A stretch of 64,000 nucleotides of DNA. Origin: Elusimicrobiales bacterium. GTDB lineage: Bacteria > Elusimicrobiota > Elusimicrobia > Elusimicrobiales > UBA9959. Location of the stretch: positions 23-64,022 of the forward strand of contig JAMPXK010000001.1 of NCBI GenBank assembly GCA_023701245.1, in the 5' to 3' direction. The notes under the pieces were generated by a model, which did no database searches, had not been told where the DNA came from, and worked only from the letters and a program-made list of their open reading frames with translations. Each line of letters opens with the position of its first letter. Positions within the stretch are counted from its first letter, which is position 1. The translations under genes were made by a program, and so were the position numbers. Shown in pieces: positions 25,476-35,410 of the stretch.

Positions 25476-26950
25476 ACCCTGCCGTCCTTCGTTATCAACT
25501 CGTCCGCCGCCGCCGGGCCCGGGGCGCCGTCCGGGTAAACGTGCAGCGGGTTGCCGGCAGCGTCTTCCCGCCAGGCGGTCAGTATGGGGGAGAGGAAACG
25601 CCACATGCCGCTCATTTCCGCGGAACTGAGGAAGAGCGTCTGGTCTCCGGACATGGCGTCTATCAGCAGGCGTTCGTAATCCGTGGGATAACTTGCGGCC
25701 TCGCCGCCCTCCGGGCGGTAATCCAGGCCCATGGAACGCCGCGCGAAGCAGAGCTTGGGCCCGGGGTGCTTGCTTATCAGCGAGAAACTTACCGTTTCCT
25801 CCGGCTGGATGCTGAAGGAGAAGACATTGGGGTAGCCGATGTCGATGTGGCGGAAGATGCCCTGCTCCGGCTTTTTGTAGACGATGTCCAGGCGAGTTCG
25901 TTTGACGCCGCTTCTCTTGCCGGCCCGGACGTAAAAGGGCACCCCGCGCCAGCGGTCGCTGTCGATCAGCAGCTTCAGGGCCAGGAAAGTCTCCGTTCGC
26001 GAACCGGCGGCCACGCCGGACTCTGCCGCGTACCCGGCGTACTGTCCGCGCACCACGCTGGTTCTAACCTCCTGCGGGGAAAGAACGCGGAGGCTTTCGA
26101 AAAATCGCCGCTTGGAGGCTTTGAAGTCGGTGTCGCGGAAGGTTTCGGGCAGGTCCATGCTGATTATGGCGGCCAGCTGGAGGATGTGGCTCATCATGTC
26201 GCGCGCCAGGCCCAGCTTTTCGAAGAAGGCCGCGCGGCCTTCCAGTCCCAGTTCCTCGAAGACGGTCAGCTGCACGTGGTCCACGAAGCGGTTGTTCCAG
26301 GTATTGTCGAACACGGCGTTGGCGGAGCGCAGCGCCAGCAGGTTCTGGACGGTTTCCTTGCCGGTGAAATGGTCTATGCGGTAGACCTGGTCTTCGGGCG
26401 CGGCCTGCTTAAGGCCGGCGTCCACGGCGGCGGCGCTTTCCAGGCTGGAGCCGTAGGGCTTTTCTATGATGACACGCGACCAGCATTTGCAGTCTTTCGG
26501 GTCGAAAAGCAGCCCGGCGGTCTTGAGGCTGGCGGTGATGCCTTCGAAGGCCTCCGGCGGCGTGGCCAGGTAGAAAAGCCGCTTGTTCTTCACGCCGAAT
26601 TTCCCGTCGAGCCTGGTCAGCGCGGCGGCCAGGCGGCCGAAAAAAGCGGGGCTGGCGTAATCCGCCTGCAGGTATTCCAGGCGCCCCAGGAAGGAACTGA
26701 AGACCTCCGGAGAGGGGGAGAACCCGGCGCGCGTCAGGGTGTTCCAGAGGCGGTTTTCCAGGGCGGGGCGGTCCTGCGGGGTGCGGGCCGCCAGCACCAG
26801 GTAGAAGTTGCCGGGCGCGATCTTCTTTTCGCAGAGCCCGTAGAGGGCCGGGAGGATCTTGCGGGCGGCCAGGTCGCCGGTGGCTCCGAACAGCACGAAG
26901 CCGCAGCTTTCGGGGCGCATCTCCTGGCAGAAGCCGAGGGTTTCCGTCAT
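25466..26950 (-). CDS. zwf: Glucose-6-phosphate 1-dehydrogenase
   Basis: 494 aa. FGATGDLA NADP motif. RIDHFTGKETVQN active-site signature. Confidence 0.9.
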   Translation of the reverse strand: MTETLGFCQEMRPESCGFVLFGATGDLAARKILPALYGLCEKKIAPGNFYLVLAARTPQDRPALENRLWNTLTRAGFSPSPEVFSSFLGRLEYLQADYASPAFFGRLAAALTRLDGKFGVKNKRLFYLATPPEAFEGITASLKTAGLLFDPKDCKCWSRVIIEKPYGSSLESAAAVDAGLKQAAPEDQVYRIDHFTGKETVQNLLALRSANAVFDNTWNNRFVDHVQLTVFEELGLEGRAAFFEKLGLARDMMSHILQLAAIISMDLPETFRDTDFKASKRRFFESLRVLSPQEVRTSVVRGQYAGYAAESGVAAGSRTETFLALKLLIDSDRWRGVPFYVRAGKRSGVKRTRLDIVYKKPEQGIFRHIDIGYPNVFSFSIQPEETVSFSLISKHPGPKLCFARRSMGLDYRPEGGEAASYPTDYERLLIDAMSGDQTLFLSSAEMSGMWRFLSPILTAWREDAAGNPLHVYPDGAPGPAAADELITKDGRVWV

Positions 26951-26964
26951 AAACTTTGCCCGGG

Positions 26965-27876
26965 CTACTTGCCGGCGGCTTTCTTAACGGCGTGGCCGCC
27001 GAATTCGCTGCGCAGGGCGGCCGAGAGCTTGTCGGCGAAATTGTCCTTCATCTGCGAGCGGAAGCGTTTGAAGAGCGAGACGGAGATGGCTGGCAGGGGC
27101 ACGCCCAGCCGCGCGGCCTCTTCCACGGTCCAGCGGCCTTCGCCTGAATCCGGCACCACCCCCTCGACCTTTTCCAGCCCCGGGTCCTTGTCGAAGGCGT
27201 TCTGCGCCAGCTCCAGCAGCCAGGAGCGGATGACGCTGCCGTTGTTCCACAGGCCGGCCACGGCGGACATGTCCATGCCGCCGAAGGGGGAGGCTTTGAG
27301 AAGTTCGAAGCCTTCGCCGTAGGCCTCCATCAGGGCGTACTCTATGCCATTATGGACCATCTTGGTGAAGTGGCCGGCGCCGGCGGCGCCGCAATGCAGG
27401 TAGCCGCCTTCCTGGCAGAGCGCCTTGAGGAAGGGTTCGGCCCTTTTGAAAGAGGCTTCGGGGCCGCCTGTCATGATGCAGTAGCCTTTCTCCAGCCCCC
27501 AGATGCCGCCGGAGACGCCGGCGTCCAGGAAGTCCACGCCGCTTTGCGCGGCCTTTTTGGAGCGGCGCACGGCGTCGTTCCAGTTGCCGTTGGCGCCGTC
27601 TATTATCAGGTCGCCTTTTTCAAGCAGGGAGAGCAGGCCCAGGAAAAGGGCTTCGGTGGCTTCGCCGGCGGGGATCATCATCCAGACCACGCGGGGGGCC
27701 TTCATTTTGGAGACCAGTTCCGTGAGGGTGGCGGCGGTGACGGCGCCGGCTTTCTCCAGCGGCGGCAGTTTTTCGGGTTCCCGGTTCCAGACCGCGGGTT
27801 TGATGCCTTTGGCGAGCAGCCGGCGGGCCATGTTGGCCCCCATCCTGCCCATCCCGGCGATAGCGATAGAATCCAT
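26965..27876 (-). CDS. gnd: 6-phosphogluconate dehydrogenase, short (about 300 aa) decarboxylating type
   Basis: ATG at 27876 (MDSIAIAGMGRMGANMARRL is a Rossmann GxGxxG). GHFTKMVHNGIEYALMEAYGEG signature. The upstream part of the 359-aa ORF runs through repeat copy B. Confidence 0.85.
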   Translation of the reverse strand: MDSIAIAGMGRMGANMARRLLAKGIKPAVWNREPEKLPPLEKAGAVTAATLTELVSKMKAPRVVWMMIPAGEATEALFLGLLSLLEKGDLIIDGANGNWNDAVRRSKKAAQSGVDFLDAGVSGGIWGLEKGYCIMTGGPEASFKRAEPFLKALCQEGGYLHCGAAGAGHFTKMVHNGIEYALMEAYGEGFELLKASPFGGMDMSAVAGLWNNGSVIRSWLLELAQNAFDKDPGLEKVEGVVPDSGEGRWTVEEAARLGVPLPAISVSLFKRFRSQMKDNFADKLSAALRSEFGGHAVKKAAGK

Positions 27877-27929
27877 ATATTGTCCCCCTGAAAACCCAAA
27901 TCTGTCCGCCGCATCTTTGCGCCGGAGGG

Positions 27930-28056
27930 GCGGCAAGGGTATGGGTTCGCCGGGCCTTCGCGCAGGCCTGAGCTTGCGTAAGCGCGAAGGCCGAGTGAGG
28001 AGCGGCGGCCCCGGTGTGGCCGACCGCGTGCCCGACGGGCCCATACCCTTGCCGCA
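27930..28056 (+). repeat. Palindromic intergenic repeat element, copy B (shortest, internal deletion)
   Basis: TIRs GCGGCAAGGGTATGGGTTCGCCGGGC / GCCCGACGGGCCCATACCCTTGCCGC. Shares the core GGGCCTTCGCGCAGGCC.GAGCTT.CGTAAGCGCGA.GGCCG and ...CCGACC.CGTGCCCGA with copy C. Lies between tkt and gnd on the coding-opposite strand. Confidence 0.85.
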
Positions 28057-28066
28057 CCGACTTCTG

Positions 28067-30031
28067 CTACTTTACGAGCTTCCTGGCCGCGGCGGCTATC
28101 TTTTCGGGCGTAATGCCCAGGGCCGCGTAGGCGTGGCCCGCCGGCGCCGACTTGCCGAAAGTCTCCACGCCTATGGTGGAGACCTCCGTGCCCAGCAGCT
28201 CCGTCCAGCCGACTGAGCGGCCAGCTTCCACCGCCAGCTTGGGCAGGTTCGGCAGGAACACGGAGTCCTTGTAAGCCTGTTCCTGCTCGCGGAAAAGTTC
28301 GAAAGAGGGCACCGAGATGATGCGCGCCGCTATGCCGTCCTTCTCCAGCAGGGCGGCCGCCTCGAAGAGCATGGACACTTCCGAGCCGGAGGCTATCAGC
28401 TCCACCGACGGCACCGTGGACGGGCCGCGCAGCAGGTAGGCGCCGCGCTTGAGGCCGGCGGCTATCTTCTCCCGGTACTGCGTCATCAGCGGCAGCTTCT
28501 GCCGCGACAGGGCCAGGCAGGCGGGGCGCCGGCTGCGCACCGCGAGTTCCCAGGCGTAAAGCGTTTCCCAGGCGTCGGCCGGGCGCAGCACCAGCAGGCC
28601 CGGGATCAGGCGCAGGCTCATCAGGTGCTCCACCGGCTGGTGGGTGGGGCCGTCCTCGCCCACGCCGATGCTGTCGTGCGTGAACACGAACACCGCCGGG
28701 GTCTGCATCAGGGCCGCCAGGCGCAGCGCCGGGCGCATGTAGTCGGAGAACACCAGGAAAGTGGCGCCGAAGGGGATCAGCCCGCCGTGCAGGGCCAGGC
28801 CGTTGAGAATGGCCCCCATGGCGTGCTCGCGTATGCCGAAGTGCAGGGTGCGTTCCGGCTCCTTGGTGAAATCCGTCTTGGTGGACGGGCCCAGGTCCGC
28901 AGAACCGCCCGTGAGGCCGGGCAGGCCGGCGGCCATAAGGTTGATGACCTTGCCGGAGGCCTCGCGCGTGGCCATGGGCTTGTCGAAGAAAGCGGCGTCG
29001 GGCGCGAAGAGGCCTTCGGGGATCTCGCGGCCCAGCAGGGCCTTGGCGAGGTCGGCCTTTTCCGGGCTGGCCTCGGAATATTTTTTCCAGAGCTTCAGCC
29101 AGCGCTTGCGGTCCTTCTCGCCGGCCTCGGCCTGCTCGGCAAAGCGCGCCTTCGCCTCTTCAGGTACGAAGAAGGGCTCCTGCGACGGCCAGCCCAGCGC
29201 TTTCTTGGTGGCCAGGATCTCTTCGGGTTTGAGCGGTTCGCCGTGCACGGAATTCTTGTCCTGCTTGGGGCTGCCGAAGCCTATATGGGTCCTGGCGATG
29301 ATGATGGAGGGCTGCTCCGTCTCACGCCGGGCCTTGCGGATGGCGGCGTCCACTTCGTCGAGGTCGTTGCCGTTTTCCACCTCTATGACCTGCCAGTTCT
29401 GCGCCTGGAAGCGCTTCTTAACGTCTTCCGTGAAGGCCAGGTCAGTGGAGCCTTCTATGGTGATGCCGTTGGAATCGTAAAGGCAGATGAGCTTGCCCAG
29501 CTTCATGGTGCCGGCCAGCGAGGCCGCCTCGTAGGAGACGCCTTCCATCAGGTCGCCGTCGCCGCAGAGCACGTAGGTGCAGTGGTCCACCAGCTGGAAC
29601 TCCGGGGTGTTGAGCTTCTGCGCCAGCAGCTTTTCGGCCAGGGCCAGGCCCACGGCGTTGGCGAAGCCCTGCCCGAGGGGGCCGGTGGTGGTTTCCACGC
29701 CTTTGGTGTGGCGGTACTCGGGGTGGCCGGGGGTCAGGCTGTCGAGCTGGCGGAACTTCTTGAGCTCGTCCATTTCCAGGCCGAAGCCGTAAAGGTGCAG
29801 CAGGGAGTAGAGCATGGACGAGCCGTGCCCGGCGCTGAGCACGAAGCGGTCGCGGTCGAACCACTCCGGGTCCGAGGCTGAGAATTTAAGCGAGCCGGCC
29901 CAGAGGGCGTAGGCCAGCGGCGCCGCGCCCAGGGGCAGGCCGGGATGGCCGGAGTCGGCCTTGCCTACCATGTCTATAGAAAGGGTCCGGATGGTGTTCA
30001 CGCACAGGTTGTCGGTCGTGTCGAATTTCAT
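28067..30031 (-). CDS. tkt: Transketolase
   Basis: ATG at 30031 ([31 protein letters not shown]). GDGDLMEG ThDP motif. 654 aa. Confidence 0.9.
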   Translation of the reverse strand: MKFDTTDNLCVNTIRTLSIDMVGKADSGHPGLPLGAAPLAYALWAGSLKFSASDPEWFDRDRFVLSAGHGSSMLYSLLHLYGFGLEMDELKKFRQLDSLTPGHPEYRHTKGVETTTGPLGQGFANAVGLALAEKLLAQKLNTPEFQLVDHCTYVLCGDGDLMEGVSYEAASLAGTMKLGKLICLYDSNGITIEGSTDLAFTEDVKKRFQAQNWQVIEVENGNDLDEVDAAIRKARRETEQPSIIIARTHIGFGSPKQDKNSVHGEPLKPEEILATKKALGWPSQEPFFVPEEAKARFAEQAEAGEKDRKRWLKLWKKYSEASPEKADLAKALLGREIPEGLFAPDAAFFDKPMATREASGKVINLMAAGLPGLTGGSADLGPSTKTDFTKEPERTLHFGIREHAMGAILNGLALHGGLIPFGATFLVFSDYMRPALRLAALMQTPAVFVFTHDSIGVGEDGPTHQPVEHLMSLRLIPGLLVLRPADAWETLYAWELAVRSRRPACLALSRQKLPLMTQYREKIAAGLKRGAYLLRGPSTVPSVELIASGSEVSMLFEAAALLEKDGIAARIISVPSFELFREQEQAYKDSVFLPNLPKLAVEAGRSVGWTELLGTEVSTIGVETFGKSAPAGHAYAALGITPEKIAAAARKLVK

Positions 30032-30582
30032 TTTCGCTCCAGTAGTTTTATTTTCCACGCCTGCAAAGCTATTATGGTCTTGGCGTCCCTGATGGCGCCG
30101 GCCTCGAACAGCCGCCACGCTTTTTCGAAGGGGATGACCTCGGTGCGCACGAACTCGTCCTCGTCGGGAGAGGCGGGCCCGGGGCGCAGCCCAAAGGCGG
30201 TAAAGATGTGCAGCACCTCGTTGGAGAAGGCGGTGGTGGGCCAGAAGGCGACCAGCGGTTTTATGCTCCTGGCGGTGTAGCCGGTCTCTTCCTGCAGTTC
30301 GGCCTTTACCCGCGCGAGCGGCTTGTCGGCGGCGGAATGCAGCTTGCCGGCCGGGATCTCCAGGGTGGCTTCGCCCACAGGGTAGCGGTACTGCCGCACG
30401 AAGATTATACTGCCGTCGGGCAGCACCGGCAGCACGGCCACCGCGCCGGGGTGCGCCATAAAGGCCCGCGTGGCCTTCCTGCCGTTGGGCAGCACCACCG
30501 TGTCGGCGCGGAAATCCACCGTCCCGGAGAACACCAGGCGCTTCTTGTGGAACCGCTCCGTCAATCCCGCGTGCTTCTTCAT
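30028..30582 (-). CDS. NUDIX hydrolase (ADP-ribose pyrophosphatase-like)
   Basis: 184 aa. ATGA overlap with tkt. Nudix-box-like [25 protein letters not shown], slightly divergent from GX5EX7REUXEEXGU. Confidence 0.75.
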   Translation of the reverse strand: MKKHAGLTERFHKKRLVFSGTVDFRADTVVLPNGRKATRAFMAHPGAVAVLPVLPDGSIIFVRQYRYPVGEATLEIPAGKLHSAADKPLARVKAELQEETGYTARSIKPLVAFWPTTAFSNEVLHIFTAFGLRPGPASPDEDEFVRTEVIPFEKAWRLFEAGAIRDAKTIIALQAWKIKLLERK

Positions 30583-30588
30583 CCCCCC

Positions 30589-30599
30589 ATTATATAATT
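30589..30599 (-). promoter_or_regulatory. AT box ATTATATAATT; minus-strand TATAAT (30589-30594) only 6 nt (GGGGGG) upstream of the nudix ATG
   Basis: Read directly. The geometry suggests a leaderless or near-leaderless transcript for the pentose-phosphate operon. Confidence 0.35.
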
Positions 30600-30668
30600 T
30601 CCGCGGGAGCGGCGTATCCTGCGGTCCCGAACCCGGTTGCCCGGAAAATTCCTTAAGGGCTATATTAA

Positions 30669-30684
30669 TTTATATAATTAAAGG
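30669..30684 (+). promoter_or_regulatory. AT box TTTATATAATTAAAGG upstream of dnaE (putative -10 TATAAT at 30672-30677)
   Basis: Shares the exact 15-mer TTATATAATTAAAGG with 50627-50641. Lies about 55 nt upstream of the dnaE ATG. Confidence 0.4.
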
Positions 30685-30732
30685 ACGCGGGTTATTTGGG
30701 CCGCGGGCGGTTTCGCTTTATTCCGGGTATAG

Positions 30733-33700
30733 ATGCAAACAAAGTTCGTACATCTTCATAATCATTCCGAGTACTCGCTGCTCGACGGCATGCTGCGCCT
30801 CAGCGACGGGCACGGCGGCCCCTCGGACTTCCTCAAGGGCCTGGGCGCGCATCCCGGCAACGCCCTGGCCATCACCGACCACGGCAACATGTACGGCGCC
30901 ATGGAGTTCTACTTCATGGCCAAGGCCGTGAACCTCAAACCCATAATCGGCTGCGAATGCTATATCACCCGCGGCTCGCGCAAGGACCGCGACAAGAGCA
31001 CCGGCCGCCGCGACAACGGCCACATGACCGTGCTGGCCAAGAACGACGCCGGCTACCGCAACCTCATGAAGCTGGTCTCCGCCTCCTACATAGAAGGCTT
31101 CTACCACGACCCCCGCATAGACGCGGAACTGCTGGCCAAGCACGCCGAGGGCCTGGTGTGCCTGTCCGGCTGCCTCAAGTCGCATATAGCGCGCAACTGC
31201 GCCGAGAACAAGCTGGACGAGGCCGCCAAGATAGCCATGGAGTACCAGGATATCCTGGGCAAGGGCAATTTCTACCTCGAGCTGATGGACCACAATATCC
31301 CCGAGGAGACCGCCGCCATGGCCGGCCTCATAGAAGTGGCCAAACGCACCGGCATCCCGCTCGTGGCCACCAACGACTGCCACTACCAGAAGAAGGACGA
31401 CTGGGAAGCGCACGACGCGCACATCTGCATCTCCACCGGCTCGCTCATGGACGATCCGGACCGCATGCGAATGACCACCCACGAACTCTACTACAAGTCT
31501 CCCGACGAGATGATAAAGCTCTTCTCGCACACCCCGGAGGCCGTAAAGAACACCCTGGCCATCGCCGAGATGTGTAATGTCACCATAGACACCAGCAAGC
31601 TGCACCTGCCCGCTTTCGACATCCCCGCCGATTATAAAGCCAAACATCCCGGGGGCGACGGGGACTTCTATTACCTGAAGGACCTCTGCGAGGCCGGCCT
31701 GAAGAAAAAGGTGCCCAACGCCGGGGCCGACTACCATAAGCGCCTGGAGTTCGAGCTGGACACCATCAAGAAGATGGGTTTTTCCAGCTACTTCCTGATA
31801 GTCATGGATTTCATCAACCACGGCCGCTCCATAGGCGTGCCCGTGGGCCCCGGCCGCGGTTCCGGCGCCGGCGCGCTGGTGGCCTATACGCTGGATATCA
31901 CCAGGGTGGACCCGCTGCCCAATTCCCTGCTGTTCGAGCGCTTCCTGAACCCTGGCCGCAAGAGCATGCCGGACCTGGACATCGACTTTTCCGACGACGG
32001 CCGGGAAAAGGTGGTGCAGTACGTGCGCGAGAAGTACGGCTCTTCGCGCGTGGCCAATATCATCACCTACGGCACCATCAAGGCCAAGAGCGCCATCCGC
32101 GACGTGGGCCGCGTGATGAACATCCCGCTCACCGAGGTCAACGCCATCGCCAAGCTGATCCCCGGCGACCCCAAGGCCACCCTGTTCAAGGCCATGAGCG
32201 AAGTGGGCGAGCTCAAAGATTTCATGCGGGACCCCAAGCTTAAGAAGATGTTCGACATCGCCCTTAAGGTGGAAGGCCTGCGCCGCCACACCGGCGTGCA
32301 CGCGGCCGGCGTGGTGATCTCCAAGGACGAGGTCACGGACTACGTGCCGCTGTCCAACCGCAACACCAAGGAGATCGTCACCACGCAGTACGACGGCAAC
32401 ATGCTGGGGAGCCTCGGCATGCTCAAGGTGGACTTCCTGGGCCTGCGCACGCTCACCATCATAGAGACCGCCAGCGAATTCATCCGCAAGCTGCCGGATA
32501 AGAAGGATTTCGACATCTATTCCGTACCGATGGACGACAAGAAGACCTTCGACCTGCTGTGCGAAGGCAGGACCACCGGAGTGTTCCAGCTGGAAAGCGA
32601 GGGGATGAAGAAGCTGGTGAAGGGCCTGAAGCCCTCCGCTTTCAGCGACATCGCGGCCCTGGTGGCGCTCTACCGCCCCGGACCCATAGAAAGCGGCATG
32701 CTGGAGATGTTCGTGGAGCGCAAGCACGGCCGCAAGAAGATCGTGTACGACCACCCGCTGCTCGAACCCATCCTGAAGGACACCTACGGCACCATGGTGT
32801 ACCAGGAACAGGTCATGGAAATTTCCAAGAAGCTGGCCGACTTCACGCCCAGCGAGGCCGACGACTTCCGCAAGGCCATGGGCAAGAAGAAGCTGGACGT
32901 CATGGAGAAGCTGCGCGTGAAGTTCGTGGAGCAGTCCAAAAAATTCCACGACGTGCCCAACAAGCTTTCCAGCAAGATCTTCGACGACATGGCGAAGTTC
33001 GCCGGCTACGGCTTCAATAAGTCCCACTCGGTGGCTTACGCCCTGGTGGCCTATCATACCGCCTGGCTCAAGGCCAATTACCCGGTGGAGTTCATGGCCG
33101 CGCTGCTGACGAGCGAGATCGGCAAGAGCGCCGTCAATTCCGAAGAGAAAGAAAATAAGCTGGTCACCTACATAGGCGAAGCCCAGGACATGGAGATAGA
33201 GATAGCCGGGCCCAGCGTCAACCGCTCCTACAAGAAATTCTCCATCGAGGACCATAACGGCCGGCCGGCCATCCGCTTCGCGCTCACCGCCGTCAAGAAC
33301 GTTGGCGAAGGCGTGGTGGAGGCCATAGTGGCCGAACGCGCCAAGAACGGCCCCTTCCGCTCTTTCGAGGAATTCACCCTGCGCGCGGATTCCAAGCAGC
33401 TCAACAAGCGCGTCATCGAGTCCCTGGCCAAGGGCGGCTGCTTCGACTGTTTTTATCCGGCGGAAAAGCCCGAGATCTCCCGCACCAAGGCCATGGAGGC
33501 GGTGGAGCTGTTCTGCGGCGGCAAGAACCGCGACTGCAATCAGACCATGCTCTTCGGCGAGGAGAAGAAGGCCGCGCCCGTGATGAGCGAGCACGCCCTG
33601 CTCAAGAACGAGCACGAAGTGCTGGGGTTCTATTTCTCCGGCCACCCGCTCAACAGCTACCGCCGCCACCTCGGCATGGTGTCCAACGCGCAGGTGGACA

Positions 33701-34245
33701 AGGTGCTGGCCGGCGGCTACGAGGAAGGCGCCATAGTGCGCGTGGCGGGCATAGTCACGCAGTTCAAGAACATGCAGACCAAGAAGACCGGCGAGGCCAT
33801 GGCCAAGTTCGAGGTGGAGGACCTGACCGGCAACATAGGCATCTGCCTGTTCCCCAAGAAGTACAAGATCTACGGCTCCCAGCTGGGCCCCAATAAAGTG
33901 GTGGTGGTCACCGGCAAGGTGCAGAAATCCGATTTCGGCGAGCAGAATTTCGAACTGATAGCCGAGGAGGCCTACGGGCTCTTCGACGCCATGAACAAAT
34001 GGGCCCGCGGGCTGGTGGTGAACCTGCCGGAGGGCATACTTTTCGACGAGAAGCAGCTGCACGAGCTTAAGAGCGCGCTGGGGCGCAGCCACGGCACGTG
34101 CCCGGTGTATTTCCAGGTGAACGCCAAGGGGCGGGGCACCTACATGATAGAGACCACGGAACGGGTGGGGCTGACGGAGCCTCTGCTGCACGACATAGAG
34201 AAACTCCTGGGGGATAAAACATGGAAAGTGGAAAGCGGATCCTGA
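30733..34245 (+). CDS. dnaE: DNA polymerase III alpha subunit
   Basis: 1170 aa. N-terminal PHP domain (FVHLHNHSEYSLLDG). PDLDIDF and GLLKVDFLGL-type motifs. OB-fold C-terminus. Confidence 0.95.
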   Translation: MQTKFVHLHNHSEYSLLDGMLRLSDGHGGPSDFLKGLGAHPGNALAITDHGNMYGAMEFYFMAKAVNLKPIIGCECYITRGSRKDRDKSTGRRDNGHMTVLAKNDAGYRNLMKLVSASYIEGFYHDPRIDAELLAKHAEGLVCLSGCLKSHIARNCAENKLDEAAKIAMEYQDILGKGNFYLELMDHNIPEETAAMAGLIEVAKRTGIPLVATNDCHYQKKDDWEAHDAHICISTGSLMDDPDRMRMTTHELYYKSPDEMIKLFSHTPEAVKNTLAIAEMCNVTIDTSKLHLPAFDIPADYKAKHPGGDGDFYYLKDLCEAGLKKKVPNAGADYHKRLEFELDTIKKMGFSSYFLIVMDFINHGRSIGVPVGPGRGSGAGALVAYTLDITRVDPLPNSLLFERFLNPGRKSMPDLDIDFSDDGREKVVQYVREKYGSSRVANIITYGTIKAKSAIRDVGRVMNIPLTEVNAIAKLIPGDPKATLFKAMSEVGELKDFMRDPKLKKMFDIALKVEGLRRHTGVHAAGVVISKDEVTDYVPLSNRNTKEIVTTQYDGNMLGSLGMLKVDFLGLRTLTIIETASEFIRKLPDKKDFDIYSVPMDDKKTFDLLCEGRTTGVFQLESEGMKKLVKGLKPSAFSDIAALVALYRPGPIESGMLEMFVERKHGRKKIVYDHPLLEPILKDTYGTMVYQEQVMEISKKLADFTPSEADDFRKAMGKKKLDVMEKLRVKFVEQSKKFHDVPNKLSSKIFDDMAKFAGYGFNKSHSVAYALVAYHTAWLKANYPVEFMAALLTSEIGKSAVNSEEKENKLVTYIGEAQDMEIEIAGPSVNRSYKKFSIEDHNGRPAIRFALTAVKNVGEGVVEAIVAERAKNGPFRSFEEFTLRADSKQLNKRVIESLAKGGCFDCFYPAEKPEISRTKAMEAVELFCGGKNRDCNQTMLFGEEKKAAPVMSEHALLKNEHEVLGFYFSGHPLNSYRRHLGMVSNAQVDKVLAGGYEEGAIVRVAGIVTQFKNMQTKKTGEAMAKFEVEDLTGNIGICLFPKKYKIYGSQLGPNKVVVVTGKVQKSDFGEQNFELIAEEAYGLFDAMNKWARGLVVNLPEGILFDEKQLHELKSALGRSHGTCPVYFQVNAKGRGTYMIETTERVGLTEPLLHDIEKLLGDKTWKVESGS

Positions 34246-34592
34246 TAGCGGACGACGACCCGGATATAATAGACCTGCTGGAAGCCTATTTCAAGCGCGC
34301 CGGCTACAATGTCACCGTGAAGGTGAACGGCAAAGAGGCCCTGCAGGCCGCAGAGGCGGAGAAGTTCGACCTGGTGCTGCTGGACGTGATGATGCCCTAC
34401 ATAGACGGCTACCACGTCGCGAGCGAGATCTCCTCGCGCCTGGGCTCGGAAGCGCCCAAGATCATCATCATGACCTCGCGGGACGTGGCGGCGGAGAAAG
34501 GTATAGCCATGCTCAGCGGCGCCACCGACGCCGTGCAGAAACCGTTCTCGCTGGAAGAGCTGGAGGCCAAGGTGAAGGCGGCGCTCGGCTGA
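34221..34592 (+). CDS. Stand-alone response-regulator receiver domain (CheY-like)
   Basis: 123 aa. ILIADDDP acidic pocket, phospho-acceptor in LVLLDVMMP, MTSR Thr, QKPF Lys. Overlaps the dnaE 3' end by 25 nt. Confidence 0.85.
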   Translation: MESGKRILIADDDPDIIDLLEAYFKRAGYNVTVKVNGKEALQAAEAEKFDLVLLDVMMPYIDGYHVASEISSRLGSEAPKIIIMTSRDVAAEKGIAMLSGATDAVQKPFSLEELEAKVKAALG

Positions 34593-34634
34593 AGGATTTA
34601 GTCTCGAAGTAAACTTACTCTAAGGAAGGTTAAA

Positions 34635-35384
34635 ATGAAAAAACTCAACATCGTTCTGACACTGCTGCTGCTGGCCGCGGTTCCCGCCCTGGCCGCCAAG
34701 GACAAGGACAAAGGCGAAGCGGTAGTGCTGCCCGACGTGGAAATGATAGACATTCCCACCGCGGGCATCCTGGACTACTACGGCTTCATGGTCAAGACCC
34801 GCGCTTATTCCGGCGGCGGCGTGCTTACCGGGCTTAATTTCGGCGTGCTGGAGCGCCTCAATCTGGGCGCCGCCATGACGGTGGACAAGTTCATCGGCTC
34901 GGATTCCGGCATAAAGATGCGCAAACCGGAGATCCAGGTGAAGTTCCGCTTCTACGACGGCGGGTACTACATCCCAGCCGCGGCCGTGGGCTACGACGGC
35001 CAGGGTTACTTCTACAACCCGGACAGCAAGAAATACCTGGAAAAGGGCAAGGGTCTCTACCTGGTGGGCTCCAAGGAGATCGGCGTGCCGAGCCTGGTGC
35101 TCCACGGCGGCTTCAACGTGCCGGACTTCGACAACAACTACCTGTTCGGCTTCCTGGGGATGAACTACACCCTGGAGGACAAGATCGCCTTCATGCTGGA
35201 ATACGACAGCATGTTCCATTCCGACGACCCGTCCCGCTTCAACGCCGGCACGCGCATCTACATCACGCCTTATTTCCAGCTGGACTTCGCCCTGCGCGAA
35301 ATAGGCCGCAACGGCACCTTCGCCAACGGCTTCCCGCGCAAATCCGAGCGCATAGTGCAGATGCGCTACAACACCAGCTTCTAA
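34635..35384 (+). CDS. Small outer-membrane beta-barrel protein (hypothetical)
   Basis: Signal peptide MKKLNIVLTLLLLAAVPALA. Alternating beta-strand pattern. C-terminal ...RYNTSF. Confidence 0.6.
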   Translation: MKKLNIVLTLLLLAAVPALAAKDKDKGEAVVLPDVEMIDIPTAGILDYYGFMVKTRAYSGGGVLTGLNFGVLERLNLGAAMTVDKFIGSDSGIKMRKPEIQVKFRFYDGGYYIPAAAVGYDGQGYFYNPDSKKYLEKGKGLYLVGSKEIGVPSLVLHGGFNVPDFDNNYLFGFLGMNYTLEDKIAFMLEYDSMFHSDDPSRFNAGTRIYITPYFQLDFALREIGRNGTFANGFPRKSERIVQMRYNTSF

Positions 35385-35410
35385 CTTTACACCAAGGAGA
35401 CCAGACCTCT

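Noticed and set aside
30718-34191. 1157-aa minus-strand ORF antisense to dnaE
   Set aside because: Same GC3-driven antisense open frame. dnaE on the plus strand has unambiguous PHP/polymerase motifs, and the antisense product is low-complexity.
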